DNA of 64,000 bases from an uncultured delta proteobacterium (GTDB lineage Bacteria; Desulfobacterota; Desulfobacteria; Desulfobacterales; SG8-13): NCBI GenBank assembly GCA_963848135.1, contig CAWKCK010000005.1:434001-498000 (forward strand), given 5' to 3'. Under the pieces are notes generated by a model. The model was not told where the DNA came from. It was given only the letters and a program-made list of their open reading frames with translations, and made no database searches. Made by a program: the position numbers and the translations under genes. The stretch's first letter is position 1. Each line of letters starts with the position of its first letter. Shown here piece by piece: positions 11,542 through 21,152 of the stretch.

Positions 11542-13944
11542 ATGAACGACGCACCGTTGGCCTTCGCAAGATTCCTTCCCGATCATCTCGTCGAACGGAC
11601 GAGGGCTGGAACCGTAACCCATGAATAATGATGGAAAATTTGTCCTCTACTGGATGCCCATGCGGTCAGATGTCACGAAAATACGGCCCTCGATTATGCA
11701 ATCACCGTTGCCAAAAAATTGAAAATGACGGTATTGGTATACAAGGGGATGGGTGGCCGACACCCCTACGATTCCGATCATCACCACACATTTATTTTGG
11801 AAGGCGCACGCGATGTGCAGAGGGACCTGGCACAGCGAGGCATCTCCTATTGTTTTCACTTTGCCGAAGACAGCCGCCGCCAAACGCCACTCAGGGAACT
11901 GATGTCCAAGGCAGCACTGACCCTGACCGAAGATTTTCCCGTACCCCTTTGACCCTCTGGAGCGACACCTTGCCGCATTGTCCCCGACCACTTCCTGGGT
12001 CATTGACACAGCTTGCATTCTGCCGATGCAATTATTTAAAAAACCCTATGCCAGAGCATTTAGTTTCGGAAGGACACCTCGAGAGAATTTGAAAAGAGGA
12101 TTTATCGCCGCTACGAAGAGCTGGAAACCGAAGCTCAGCAGTATCGCGGCCGCATTGGTTTCGTTTCCATCGATCTGGCTTCGGCCGACATCGCCGCGTT
12201 GTGTGCAAGATGCCACATCGATCACACCGTTGGACCGGTTGCGGACACTTGAGGCGGGTCGGTCACCGGTACAGCCTGGGAACTGTTCAAGCGACACAGA
12301 TTGCGAAGATACTCCCGCACGCGGAACGATGCGGCCATTGAGTCTCCTGCAGGTGTCAGCCGCATGTCCGCCTACCTGCATCATGGCCATGTGTCACCTT
12401 TCCGTATCGCCAGGGAAACCGCTTCATCCGGTGCCGCAGGTGCCGTAAAATTCCTGGACGAAATGCTGGTCTGGAGAGAACTGGCCCACAATTTTTGCTT
12501 CTATCATCGTTATCCCGACACCATCCATACATTACCTGACTGGGCGGTCAAGACCCTCAGAGACCACGGGCAGGACCCGCGACCATCGATTCTTCCCTGG
12601 GAACAGTTGGCAAGGGCCAACACCGGAGACCGCTTTTGGGATGCCGCCCAAAGTCTCTTCTCATCCATGGCGAACTGCACAACAACATTCGCATGACTTG
12701 GGGAAAAGCCTTTCTTTATTGGACCCGTTCGCCGGAAGCGGCGTTAAAAATGATGATCGACCTGAACCATCGCTTCGCGCTGGACGGCAGCGATCCCAAT
12801 TCCTACGGCGGGATCCTGTGGTGTCTCAGACTCTTCGATCGCCCCTTTCAACCCGCACAGCCGGTCATCGGAACCCTGAGGCCCCGATCGATCCAATCCC
12901 ATGCCGCACGCCTCGAATTGGCTGCTTACCCATGCAGAATGTCCAAAGAAGCGGTCTTGCCGTCGCTTCGTATAGCGGTTATCGGCGCCGGCGTGTCCGG
13001 CTTGATCGCCGCCCGTACGCTGTCAGATCACGGACATGAGGTGCAGATTATCGAAAAGGCCCGCATACCCGGCGGAAGAATTTCCTCCCGACGAACCGAT
13101 TCTTATGCTTTCGATCATGGCGCCCGGTATTTTACGCTAGGGACGAACGATTCCGGACTGTCGTCGACAGCGGCTACAGGCTGGCATCGTAAACCTGTGG
13201 AACGGACGAATCGTATCGTTCGCAATGGTGAAATTCGTACAGAAAAAAATATGCATCAACGTTACGTGGGGGTTCCCGACATGATATCGGTTGCCCGTCA
13301 CCTGTCGGATTCTCTGGACATCCGCTGGCGCACCCGCGTGCGACGCGTTACCAGGGAAGATCAAGCCGTATTACTGACGGATGAGAACGGTAAATTTCTC
13401 GGAAGCTTCAATGCTACTAGATCGTCTCTACGCCACCGGAGCAATGCGCCGATATACTCGAAGACCTCGCCCCAGTGGTCGATCAGGTGCGTTCAATTCG
13501 AATGTCCCCATGCTGGGCGGTGATGCTGGCCTTTAGCAAACCCCTCGGTCTGCCGTTCGACGGCGCATTCATCGATGATCCTACAATCACCTGGGCGGCC
13601 AAAAATTCGAGTAAACCGGGGCGTGGAACGGCCGAATGCTGGGTTCTGCATGCCGATGCCGGTGGTCGGCCGACCACCTCGACCTCGATCCCGGCGAAGT
13701 CATCCGACAACTTACCGCATCGCTATTTAGCGCTACCGGCAGCAGGTCCAGCGAACCGGTATTCGCGGCCGCCCACCGTTGGCTTTTCGCCCGGGCGCAA
13801 AACCCCATCCGCAACGGATGTCTTTGGGATCGACGGACGATGATCGGCGTCTGTGGGGATTGGTGTAACAACTCGAGAATCGAAGGGGCCTTTCTCAGTG
13901 GCGCGGCGATGGCCGGTAGAGTGTTGAGCGCCGTGGAAAACTGA
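11542..13944 (+). CDS. Class II-like DNA photolyase fused to a renalase-like FAD-dependent oxidoreductase, multiple frameshifts
   Basis: Fragments: FVLYWM, SRMSAYLHHGHVSPF, HGELHNNIRMTWGK, LDGSDPNSYGG (photolyase); then in the same ORF IAVIGAGVSGL, GGR...FDHGA; later CGDW...IEGAFLSG (renalase family). Confidence 0.8.
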
Positions 13945-14004
13945 TTGGGAGTTTATGCTGTCCGTTTGCGAGAATAACCACGGGGGTAGAACAATCGACG
14001 GATA

Positions 14005-14982
14005 TTAAAGTCGATCGAGGTTGGACGGCAACCAGTAAAAAGAGATACAGTCGTCCAGAACGTCTGGGATACCGTCATGGATGGTTGGAAATTTAGGTTT
14101 CAAGCCGGTCGCCTGCTTCATCGTCCCGGGTACGACCGGCAGACGCAGATTCCAGCAGGATACTGCCCCACTCGGATACGGATTCGGGCGACCGGTCAAT
14201 CCATAAAAGATATCCAGTACGAGCGTTCCCAGGTGAGACAGCTTTTGGGGAATATGCATCACGCGAAGTCTCGGGTAGTAGGTTTTGAGAGAGTCGAAAT
14301 AATCATTCCACGTGCAGGAGAGTTCATCGGCGACCACCCAAGTACCCGGTCGACGGTTTTTAGCGGCTTGAATCAAAGCGCGGGCGGCATCGAACACATG
14401 GATATGCGCGAACGGGTTTTCACCACGCCCCGGGAAGAAGACCCTGCCGTGCCGAACTTGGTCGAAAAGCAGGCTGTGAGCCCCGTAAACATGCGGAAGA
14501 CGTAAGGAAACAAAGCAGACATCATTCTCTCGAGCCATCTTCTCAAGACGTTGTTCCGCCCGTAACTTGGCCTGCCCGTAACCAGACATTGGTGACGGCT
14601 GGGAGTTTTGATCCAGAGGATTGTCAGTATCACCGTAGACCAACAAACTACCACCAAAAACAAAATTGGAAACTCGCGCTTCGATTGCCGCCTGCATGAG
14701 ATTTGTCGATCCGATGACAATGGAGGGATACAATCGTGGGTAAGGTTCGAAGGCCGCACGGGCACCGAGATGAATAACGGTATCGATGCCCTCAAGGATA
14801 CGGCGCAGACTCTTGGGGCTGCGTATGTCGGCCTGCATAATTTCGGCATCCAAATTCCTCAGCATGAGACCACGCACAGGCCGCCTGACCATCAGCCTGG
14901 GACGCTTGCCACGTTCAGCGAGCTGCCGCGATACCTCAATGCCGATGAATCCGGTGGCGCCTGTAACCAAAACATTATCCAT
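14005..14982 (-). CDS. NAD-dependent epimerase/dehydratase (extended SDR)
   Basis: VLVTGATGFIG Rossmann motif and YGQAK (YxxxK); start set at MDNVL 14982. Confidence 0.9.
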   Translation of the reverse strand: MDNVLVTGATGFIGIEVSRQLAERGKRPRLMVRRPVRGLMLRNLDAEIMQADIRSPKSLRRILEGIDTVIHLGARAAFEPYPRLYPSIVIGSTNLMQAAIEARVSNFVFGGSLLVYGDTDNPLDQNSQPSPMSGYGQAKLRAEQRLEKMARENDVCFVSLRLPHVYGAHSLLFDQVRHGRVFFPGRGENPFAHIHVFDAARALIQAAKNRRPGTWVVADELSCTWNDYFDSLKTYYPRLRVMHIPQKLSHLGTLVLDIFYGLTGRPNPYPSGAVSCWNLRLPVVPGTMKQATGLKPKFPTIHDGIPDVLDDCISFYWLPSNLDRL

Positions 14983-14999
14983 GATCAATGCTGAGAGCC

Positions 15000-15425
15000 T
15001 TAGATTCCTATAGAGAATAACCTTGCCAACCAAAGGGTGATCGCTGAAGTGAATCCGGTCAATAATGTTCCCCAAACAATATCGATGACTGTAATGAAAA
15101 TCGACCAGTTCCGTATGAGCGCAAGGCAGGTGAGATCGAAAGTGCAATAGGCGAAAAAACCGAGCAAACCTCCAGTAATGGCGGTTTGCAAAATGCCTTG
15201 ACCCTCTTGGAGCGCCGGGATCAATACGAAGTACTGGATGCCGCCGATGTACATGAGATAGAACAGAATTGCAGCCGTCCAATTCACGTTTTCACGCAGA
15301 AGACTGCCGATGTGTCGCTCGTAGAGTCCCTTGGCGGCGGCACCCAGCCAAAACAAGTCTATAATGAAGAAAACGCCGGCCGTCAAACCATAAACGACAA
15401 GCATGTTTCCGAATCCAATTTTCAT
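15000..15425 (-). CDS. DUF2177 family membrane protein
   Basis: IDLFWLG...Y, GFFAYCTFDLT, DIVWG pattern; four hydrophobic segments. Confidence 0.8.
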   Translation of the reverse strand: MKIGFGNMLVVYGLTAGVFFIIDLFWLGAAAKGLYERHIGSLLRENVNWTAAILFYLMYIGGIQYFVLIPALQEGQGILQTAITGGLLGFFAYCTFDLTCLALIRNWSIFITVIDIVWGTLLTGFTSAITLWLARLFSIGI

Positions 15426-15441
15426 TCGACCTTCCGCACAA

Positions 15442-15678
15442 TTACATTCCGCCAGTTGGCGGAACCAATGACACGCGGTCACCGTCTTTCAAAGGTTGAT
15501 TTAAACCCGAGATCTTGTGATTCAAGAAAACAATCTTTGCTTCTTCCTCTGTTATTCCGAAAGCATCCAGGATCTTGGACACCTTCTCGCCCTCGGTCAG
15601 TTCGATTGCCGTGGTTTCGTTGTGATTACATTCGTATTTTTCGGCTAACTTGCCGAAACATTTAATGTCTACTTTCAT
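15442..15678 (-). CDS. MoaD/ThiS family sulfur carrier
   Basis: 78-aa ubiquitin-like pattern ending LKDGDRVSLVPPTGGM. Confidence 0.85.
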   Translation of the reverse strand: MKVDIKCFGKLAEKYECNHNETTAIELTEGEKVSKILDAFGITEEEAKIVFLNHKISGLNQPLKDGDRVSLVPPTGGM

Positions 15679-15751
15679 TTTACTTCTCCTTGTAATTTAA
15701 GCAGTTTCTTTCACGGATAGCAACTGGAATAAATTGCTTTGGCATTTTAGA

Positions 15752-15916
15752 TTAAAGTCTGCAATTGTGTAAGACTCTCATGGCGTTACGAACCTCTTCA
15801 GGTGAGAGTATTCCGGCGGATAGGTATTTTTTGATCTCAGCCTCTGTTATATCGCCGTCACGCAAACCTATATCCGTGATGTCCTCGACACGACATTGAT
15901 CTGTTTTGATGGTCAT
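15752..15916 (-). CDS. Small hypothetical protein
   Basis: AGGGA RBS upstream; 54-aa ORF co-oriented with neighbours. Confidence 0.45.
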   Translation of the reverse strand: MTIKTDQCRVEDITDIGLRDGDITEAEIKKYLSAGILSPEEVRNAMRVLHNCRL

Positions 15917-15935
15917 TATCATTATTCCCTTATTT

Positions 15936-16115
15936 TTAGAAGCGATCGATAACATTAAGATTCCCCGAATACCGTCCTGCTGTCGACGCTTCCACACAGT
16001 TGTCGAGTTCCCACTCGGAAACCATGTGATTATCCGACACTGCTTTGATAGGGCAATAGTATTCTTCACCTGTTTCATTTTCAAACTTTCCGAACAGCTC
16101 GTTTTTTGTCTCCAT
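15936..16115 (-). CDS. Small hypothetical protein (59 aa, below ORF-track cutoff)
   Basis: AGGAGG RBS; METKNELFGKFENETGEEYYCP...NCVEASTAGRYSGNLNVIDRF*. Confidence 0.6.
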   Translation of the reverse strand: METKNELFGKFENETGEEYYCPIKAVSDNHMVSEWELDNCVEASTAGRYSGNLNVIDRF

Positions 16116-16250
16116 AAAGCAACCTCCTGTTGTTACAGACTATTGAGTAAAAACTTTAAGTGCATAGGTGATCAGAGAAATGTAAGAGTAAAATGGGCAT
16201 TGAGATGCCATGGGGCAATGCGAGCTGATTGACAGACTATTGAGGGTATA

Positions 16251-16371
16251 ATCCTATTGATCCGACACAGCATATAGGTCACACCCCGCAGGCATATTGA
16301 CGTATGTTGAGGACCAGAGACAAGGGCTCAACGCCGATATCGGGCGAAAAGATTTTTTGAGATGCCTTCTA
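16251..16371 (+). repeat. Palindromic intergenic repeat family A, partial copy
   Basis: Aligns by eye with the right part of 25181-25393 (CACAGCAT..GGTCA..CCCGCAGGCATA..GTATGT.GAGGAC.AGAGACAAGG..TCAACGCCGA..TTTTTTGAGA). Confidence 0.8.
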
Positions 16372-16703
16372 ATCTCCCATGACGGGTAAATCGCCTTGAC
16401 TGCGCCCAGGTGCACCTTCCTTGACAGCTATTCAGCGACTTATTACTGTCTTACCCTGGATGCCATGATCTTGAATCACAGTGCTCTTCAACCTCGGCTG
16501 CGGTCCGCAATGAGGCGTATCGTCCCTAAATTTTAATCAATATCACCGGAAGAAAAAATCTCTCTCATCATGGTGATGATGTTTTGCCGTGGTCAATCGT
16601 TCAATTGCACTCAGTGGCCGTAAAAAGCTCAGATTAGCTGTGTTCCACTCAAGAGGATGTTGAGCTGTACCTCTATTTTTTCAAAACTCCTAAGGACATT
16701 ACC

Positions 16704-17243
16704 ATGACATCACCAAGTAATTTACCAGAATCACGCATTGCCGAAATCATCGAAAGTCGCTCACCGGCCGGACAACAGGATGCCGTCCAGGGATGGCACA
16801 ACTTGCTTAAAAACCTTCTTAGTCAAATGGGTCCATATCTGCGAGACGGTCACCTGGTTACCTTTCGCACATTGAATGATCAGGAAAGAGTAGTCTTCGA
16901 ATATCTCCATCGTAAAATTAATGTGCCACCCTCCGCCAGCGCCCTATACATGCCGCCAAGTGTCCGTTATCAAATGCTGTACAACAGACCAGAGGGCCGC
17001 CTTCAAGCGCTGCCCGATCATTCTCCTGATAATCCGCCGGATGAAGGTATCGTTCTTGCCTGTCGCCAAGGCTTCCTCGATGTCGTTGTCAACGCTCTGC
17101 TGGCTAAACCCCCGTTTACACCAGCCATCGATGTTTATGACAACGGACAGCTTTTAGCTGGATATGTCTACAATACAATCGACGATTGTATCGGCGAACT
17201 GACGAAAGTCCTGCGGATCCATCTGCAACCGGGCACAGAATAG
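16704..17243 (+). CDS. Hypothetical protein
   Basis: 179-aa ORF with AAGGA RBS; no family recognised. Confidence 0.7.
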   Translation: MTSPSNLPESRIAEIIESRSPAGQQDAVQGWHNLLKNLLSQMGPYLRDGHLVTFRTLNDQERVVFEYLHRKINVPPSASALYMPPSVRYQMLYNRPEGRLQALPDHSPDNPPDEGIVLACRQGFLDVVVNALLAKPPFTPAIDVYDNGQLLAGYVYNTIDDCIGELTKVLRIHLQPGTE

Positions 17244-17621
17244 AATTGAGTAAGGAAGAAAAGGTAGGTCGATTGTATTGCGGCACCAGAAACTTTCTCA
17301 GTTAATAATGACCTTCGATCTTTATCCCCGAATTTTCTCATCCCTAATTTTGCGTTTTCCCCCGCTTAGGCTTTCCAGAATGGGGTTATCTTTAGTTAAT
17401 TAATGTTATTATAAGGAAATTTATAAAGTCAAACCACAAATTTATTGACTCTATCATCACATTTTCCTAATTACTAACATCGCTTGCGCCCAGAGTGCAA
17501 GCCTCGCAGATAAATTGGAATGGGCTAAGGATATAAAATCAGACCGCACAGAATGTTGATGACCTCATCCTATGTGCCGGCCGTTAGGTGCGACAAATCG
17601 ATAGACAAAGGAACGTAAAAA

Positions 17622-18461
17622 ATGTTGAAAGGCGAGATTAAGACAACTGTATTTCTATTAATAATTTTTATTTCTCTTTTTTTTGCGGCCCCGGTACCGG
17701 CAGAAAGCGGAAATTCATTGATGATGGCCACCACCACGAGCACCGACAACACCGGCTTGCTGGATTACCTGGCACCCAAATTTCAAAAAGCCACAGGCAT
17801 TAAGCTCAAATGGACGGCCACCGGTACCGGGAAAGCTTTGAAACTGGGCGAAAATTGCGATGTCGACATTCTCATGGTACATGCGCCAGCGGCTGAGAAA
17901 AAATTTGTTGCCGATGGTTTCGGAACCGATCGACGTGAAATCATGTACAACGATTTTGTCATCATCGGTCCCCAAATCGACCCGGTTGGAATAAAATCAC
18001 TACCGATCGCGGAGGCACTGCAAACAGTCAGGTCTAAAAAGGCTATCTTTGTCAGCCGCGGTGATAACTCTGGAACGCACAAAAAAGAAGTCTCTTTATG
18101 GAAAGCCGCCGGTATGCCGGTGCCGGAAAAGGAAAGCTGGTACGTTCAAACGGGCCAGGGAATGTTGGCGACAGTCAATATCGCTGCCGAACGGGACGGC
18201 TATACGATGGCCGATAGGGGAACCTACATCAAATACGAAGACAATTTGGGTGGTAACCCCCCACTTATGATCCTCGTGGAAGGCGATGCCGTTTTGCTGA
18301 ATCAGTATAGCGTGATCGCTATCGATGTGAAGCATTGCCCGAAAGCTAAAATTGAGCAAGCAACGCAGTTTATCGACTGGATCACAGGCCCTGACGCACA
18401 ATCTCAAATAAAAGATTTCAAGCTTCTGGGCAAGCCGCTGTTTACACCAAATACCAAGTGA
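17622..18461 (+). CDS. tupA: Tungstate ABC transporter substrate-binding protein
   Basis: Signal peptide; ATTTS tungstate motif, GTGKAL, FVSRGDNSGTH. Confidence 0.92.
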   Translation: MLKGEIKTTVFLLIIFISLFFAAPVPAESGNSLMMATTTSTDNTGLLDYLAPKFQKATGIKLKWTATGTGKALKLGENCDVDILMVHAPAAEKKFVADGFGTDRREIMYNDFVIIGPQIDPVGIKSLPIAEALQTVRSKKAIFVSRGDNSGTHKKEVSLWKAAGMPVPEKESWYVQTGQGMLATVNIAAERDGYTMADRGTYIKYEDNLGGNPPLMILVEGDAVLLNQYSVIAIDVKHCPKAKIEQATQFIDWITGPDAQSQIKDFKLLGKPLFTPNTK

Positions 18462-18594
18462 ATAACGCTGAGCGTACCGGTTTGCGTCAAATCCAGATTC
18501 AAAAAAAACAACCACCGACGTTTCCTTACGGCTATATCCTCTGACTGAGTGCCGCCCTGTGATATCGTCGTAATATTTTGCGGGCAAGGGCAAA

Positions 18595-19284
18595 ATGGAT
18601 TTTATACTCGATGGGTTTATACGGGCCATAGATTTACTGTTCAGCGGCAACGCCGAAACCTATTCTGCGATTTTCGCCACGGTGAAAGTGTCGAGCTATT
18701 CCATTGTATGCAGTCTCATTATCGGCATCCCCCTGGGGTTTGGCCTCGGTTATTTCGATTTCAGGACCAAAAAGACGATGCGAACGGTTGTGGATACCCT
18801 GATGGCGCTGCCCACAGTGTTTATTGGCCTTCTGGTGTATGCGTTCCTCACCCATCGCGGCCCTATGGGACACGCCGGTCTGCTTTTCACGTTGCCCGGG
18901 ATTGCCATCGGGCAGACCATTTTGGCATTGCCGATCGTCATTGGCCTGACTGCGACAGCTGTCGAAAGCCTGGACAACCAGCTTCGCATTACCATCATGT
19001 CGATGGGAGCCAATCGGCGCCAGCTTTTCATAAGCAGTCTTTGGGAATCCCGCCATGGCATCCTGGCAGGGGCGATCGTCGCCTATGGACGCGTAATGAC
19101 AGAGGTTGGAATCTCGATGATGGTTGGCGGCAATATCAAATGGCATACCCGCACCATTACTACCGCGATCGCTCTGGAAACCAACAAAGGACAGTTCGGT
19201 ATGGGCGTTGCGTTGGGCGTCGTCCTTTTAGCCATTGCATTCTGCGTTAACTTTTCGGTCTCGTTATTGCGGCGCAGACTGTAG
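18595..19284 (+). CDS. tupB: Tungstate ABC transporter permease
   Basis: ALPTVFIGL, EVGISMMVGGNI...TRTITTAIALET motifs; follows tupA. Confidence 0.92.
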   Translation: MDFILDGFIRAIDLLFSGNAETYSAIFATVKVSSYSIVCSLIIGIPLGFGLGYFDFRTKKTMRTVVDTLMALPTVFIGLLVYAFLTHRGPMGHAGLLFTLPGIAIGQTILALPIVIGLTATAVESLDNQLRITIMSMGANRRQLFISSLWESRHGILAGAIVAYGRVMTEVGISMMVGGNIKWHTRTITTAIALETNKGQFGMGVALGVVLLAIAFCVNFSVSLLRRRL

Positions 19285-19448
19285 CCCGCATATTTCATGA
19301 CTTTTTTCCAAATGACCGAATTCGGACCGATAAAAATGCGGACTCGCCCGAAATACATGGGTCAGAAATACGCCAAGACCGCATTTGATTGGCCTATAGA
19401 CCGTATGACGAGCGCTCGAAAAAGGTAAAAATCGGGGCAAGGATAGTG

Positions 19449-20459
19449 TTGCCGATTTTCGAAATCACATCACTCAAACATACATACGCCGGTAAGACAG
19501 TTCTGGACATTGACCGTCTGACTGTACAGCCGGCGTCCATCGTCGGGCTCATCGGACCGAATGGGAGCGGTAAAAGCACCCTGTTGAGGCTAATGGGGCT
19601 GATAGAAAAACCCAGCCAGGGTAAAATCCTGTTTAACGGCCAACCGGTTGAACCTTTTTCGGACGTTGCCAGATTTCAGATTACCATTCTGCCGCAAGAA
19701 CCCTTTCTCTTAAAACGCAGTGTATTCAACAATGTTTCCTATGGGCTGAATCTTCGCGGCGATGCCGCTGATGTATCCAACCGCGTGGACAAGGCACTTT
19801 CACTGGTTGGCTTGGGCGGTAATGATTTTATGCGGCGGCCCTGGTATGCCCTCTCGGGCGGGGAAGCCCAGCGGGTGGCATTGGCAGCCAGGCTTGCCTT
19901 GAACCCCAGGGTCCTCTTGATGGATGAACCCACAGCCAATGTCGATGCCGCCAGTGCAGCGCTCATCAGGGAGGCCGCACTGAAAGCCCGCAAGGAATTG
20001 GGTACGACACTTGTCGTTGCCAGTCACGACTGGCACTGGCTATATGACGTCTGCGACGAAATCTTGCACGTGTTCAAGGGTAAGATTTTTGGAACAGGGC
20101 ATGAGACCCTGGTTTTTGGTCCATGGAAATATCTGACAGATGGGAAATGGGGCAAACAATTGCCTGACAGGCAACTCTTGTGCGTACCCCGGCCACCGCA
20201 CAATGATGCTGCGGCCGTCATCGACACCTTTTCAGTCGAGGAATACGACTCTCAAACTCCAGCCGAAGTGGAGGTTCTGAAAGGCATTGTTTCCCGGCTC
20301 AGCCTGGAAAAAAAAACAGGGCAGATATTGGCCACCATCATGGTGGCTGATCTTCCCTTTTCGATCGGCTTGACCCCACAACAAACGCAAGGGCGAACGA
20401 TGTTTCCGGGTAAGACCGTATTCATTCATTACCGACCCGACCGGATCCAATGGATGTAA
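19449..20459 (+). CDS. tupC: Tungstate ABC transporter ATP-binding protein
   Basis: Walker A GPNGSGKST, LSGGE signature, LLMDEPT; start codon uncertain (TTG 19449). Confidence 0.88.
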   Translation: MPIFEITSLKHTYAGKTVLDIDRLTVQPASIVGLIGPNGSGKSTLLRLMGLIEKPSQGKILFNGQPVEPFSDVARFQITILPQEPFLLKRSVFNNVSYGLNLRGDAADVSNRVDKALSLVGLGGNDFMRRPWYALSGGEAQRVALAARLALNPRVLLMDEPTANVDAASAALIREAALKARKELGTTLVVASHDWHWLYDVCDEILHVFKGKIFGTGHETLVFGPWKYLTDGKWGKQLPDRQLLCVPRPPHNDAAAVIDTFSVEEYDSQTPAEVEVLKGIVSRLSLEKKTGQILATIMVADLPFSIGLTPQQTQGRTMFPGKTVFIHYRPDRIQWM

Positions 20460-20479
20460 ACCATTCCGACATTTTTTTC

Positions 20480-20508
20480 TTGACAAGTACGAACGATCGT
20501 ACTATTTT
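20480..20508 (+). promoter_or_regulatory. Sigma70 promoter with palindromic TetR operator in the spacer
   Basis: TTGACA 20480-20485, 17-bp spacer, TATTTT; palindrome AGTACGA-ACGA-TCGTACT at 20486-20503. Confidence 0.75.
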
Positions 20509-20515
20509 ATAAACC

Positions 20516-21097
20516 ATGACCAAAGGCGAAGACACAAAACGCGTCATCCTGGGTGCCGGACTCAAGATGGCCACTCAATTGAGCCTCGAAAGCGTTACCA
20601 TCGGTAATTTGGCCAAAGTGACCCAAATGTCCAAGAGCGGTCTGTTTGCGCATTTCCAGTCCAAGGAGAACCTTCAGGTCGATATTCTGAAACATGCCGG
20701 TGAACTTTTTGCCGAAGCTGTGGTCATTCCGGCTCTTTCAGAAGAAGCCGGCATCCCGCGCATACAGGCATTGGTGAACAATTGGATAAAGTGGAGCACC
20801 CGGATGACCGGCGGTTGCATTTTTGTCTCATCCAGCACCGAGTTTACAGATCGCCCCGGCAAGGTGCGGGACTTCTTACTGGCACAGCAGGCAGCATGGA
20901 TCGACAGCTTGCGTCGCATTGCCCGATCGGCCATACGGGTCGGTGATTTTAGGGAAAATATCGACAGCGACCAGTTTGCCTTTGAACTGTATTCCCTCCT
21001 GCTTGGGTTTCATTACTACGACAAACTACTTAAAAATGAAGAAACCCTAAAACGCCAGGAAACCGCCCTGGAACGGCTGCTGAACAATTTCAGGTAA
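20516..21097 (+). CDS. TetR/AcrR family transcriptional regulator
   Basis: N-terminal HTH TIGNLAKVTQMSKSGLFAHFQSKE; GGC motif in C-terminal domain. Confidence 0.93.
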   Translation: MTKGEDTKRVILGAGLKMATQLSLESVTIGNLAKVTQMSKSGLFAHFQSKENLQVDILKHAGELFAEAVVIPALSEEAGIPRIQALVNNWIKWSTRMTGGCIFVSSSTEFTDRPGKVRDFLLAQQAAWIDSLRRIARSAIRVGDFRENIDSDQFAFELYSLLLGFHYYDKLLKNEETLKRQETALERLLNNFR

Positions 21098-21152
21098 GTT
21101 GGCGTCATCTTCGGTTACAACGTATCATCCAAATGTAGATTAAGGAGGAATC

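Noticed and set aside
14983..15282. N-terminal extension of the 425-aa epimerase ORF
   Set aside because: Overlaps the DUF2177 gene in another frame; the Rossmann motif begins right after Met 14982
16229..16252. Perfect TTGACA and TATAAT hexamers
   Set aside because: Spacer is only 12 bp, too short for sigma70
17400..17620. Moco/Wco riboswitch or ModE box upstream of tupA
   Set aside because: Could not match the consensus by eye; an Rfam search is needed
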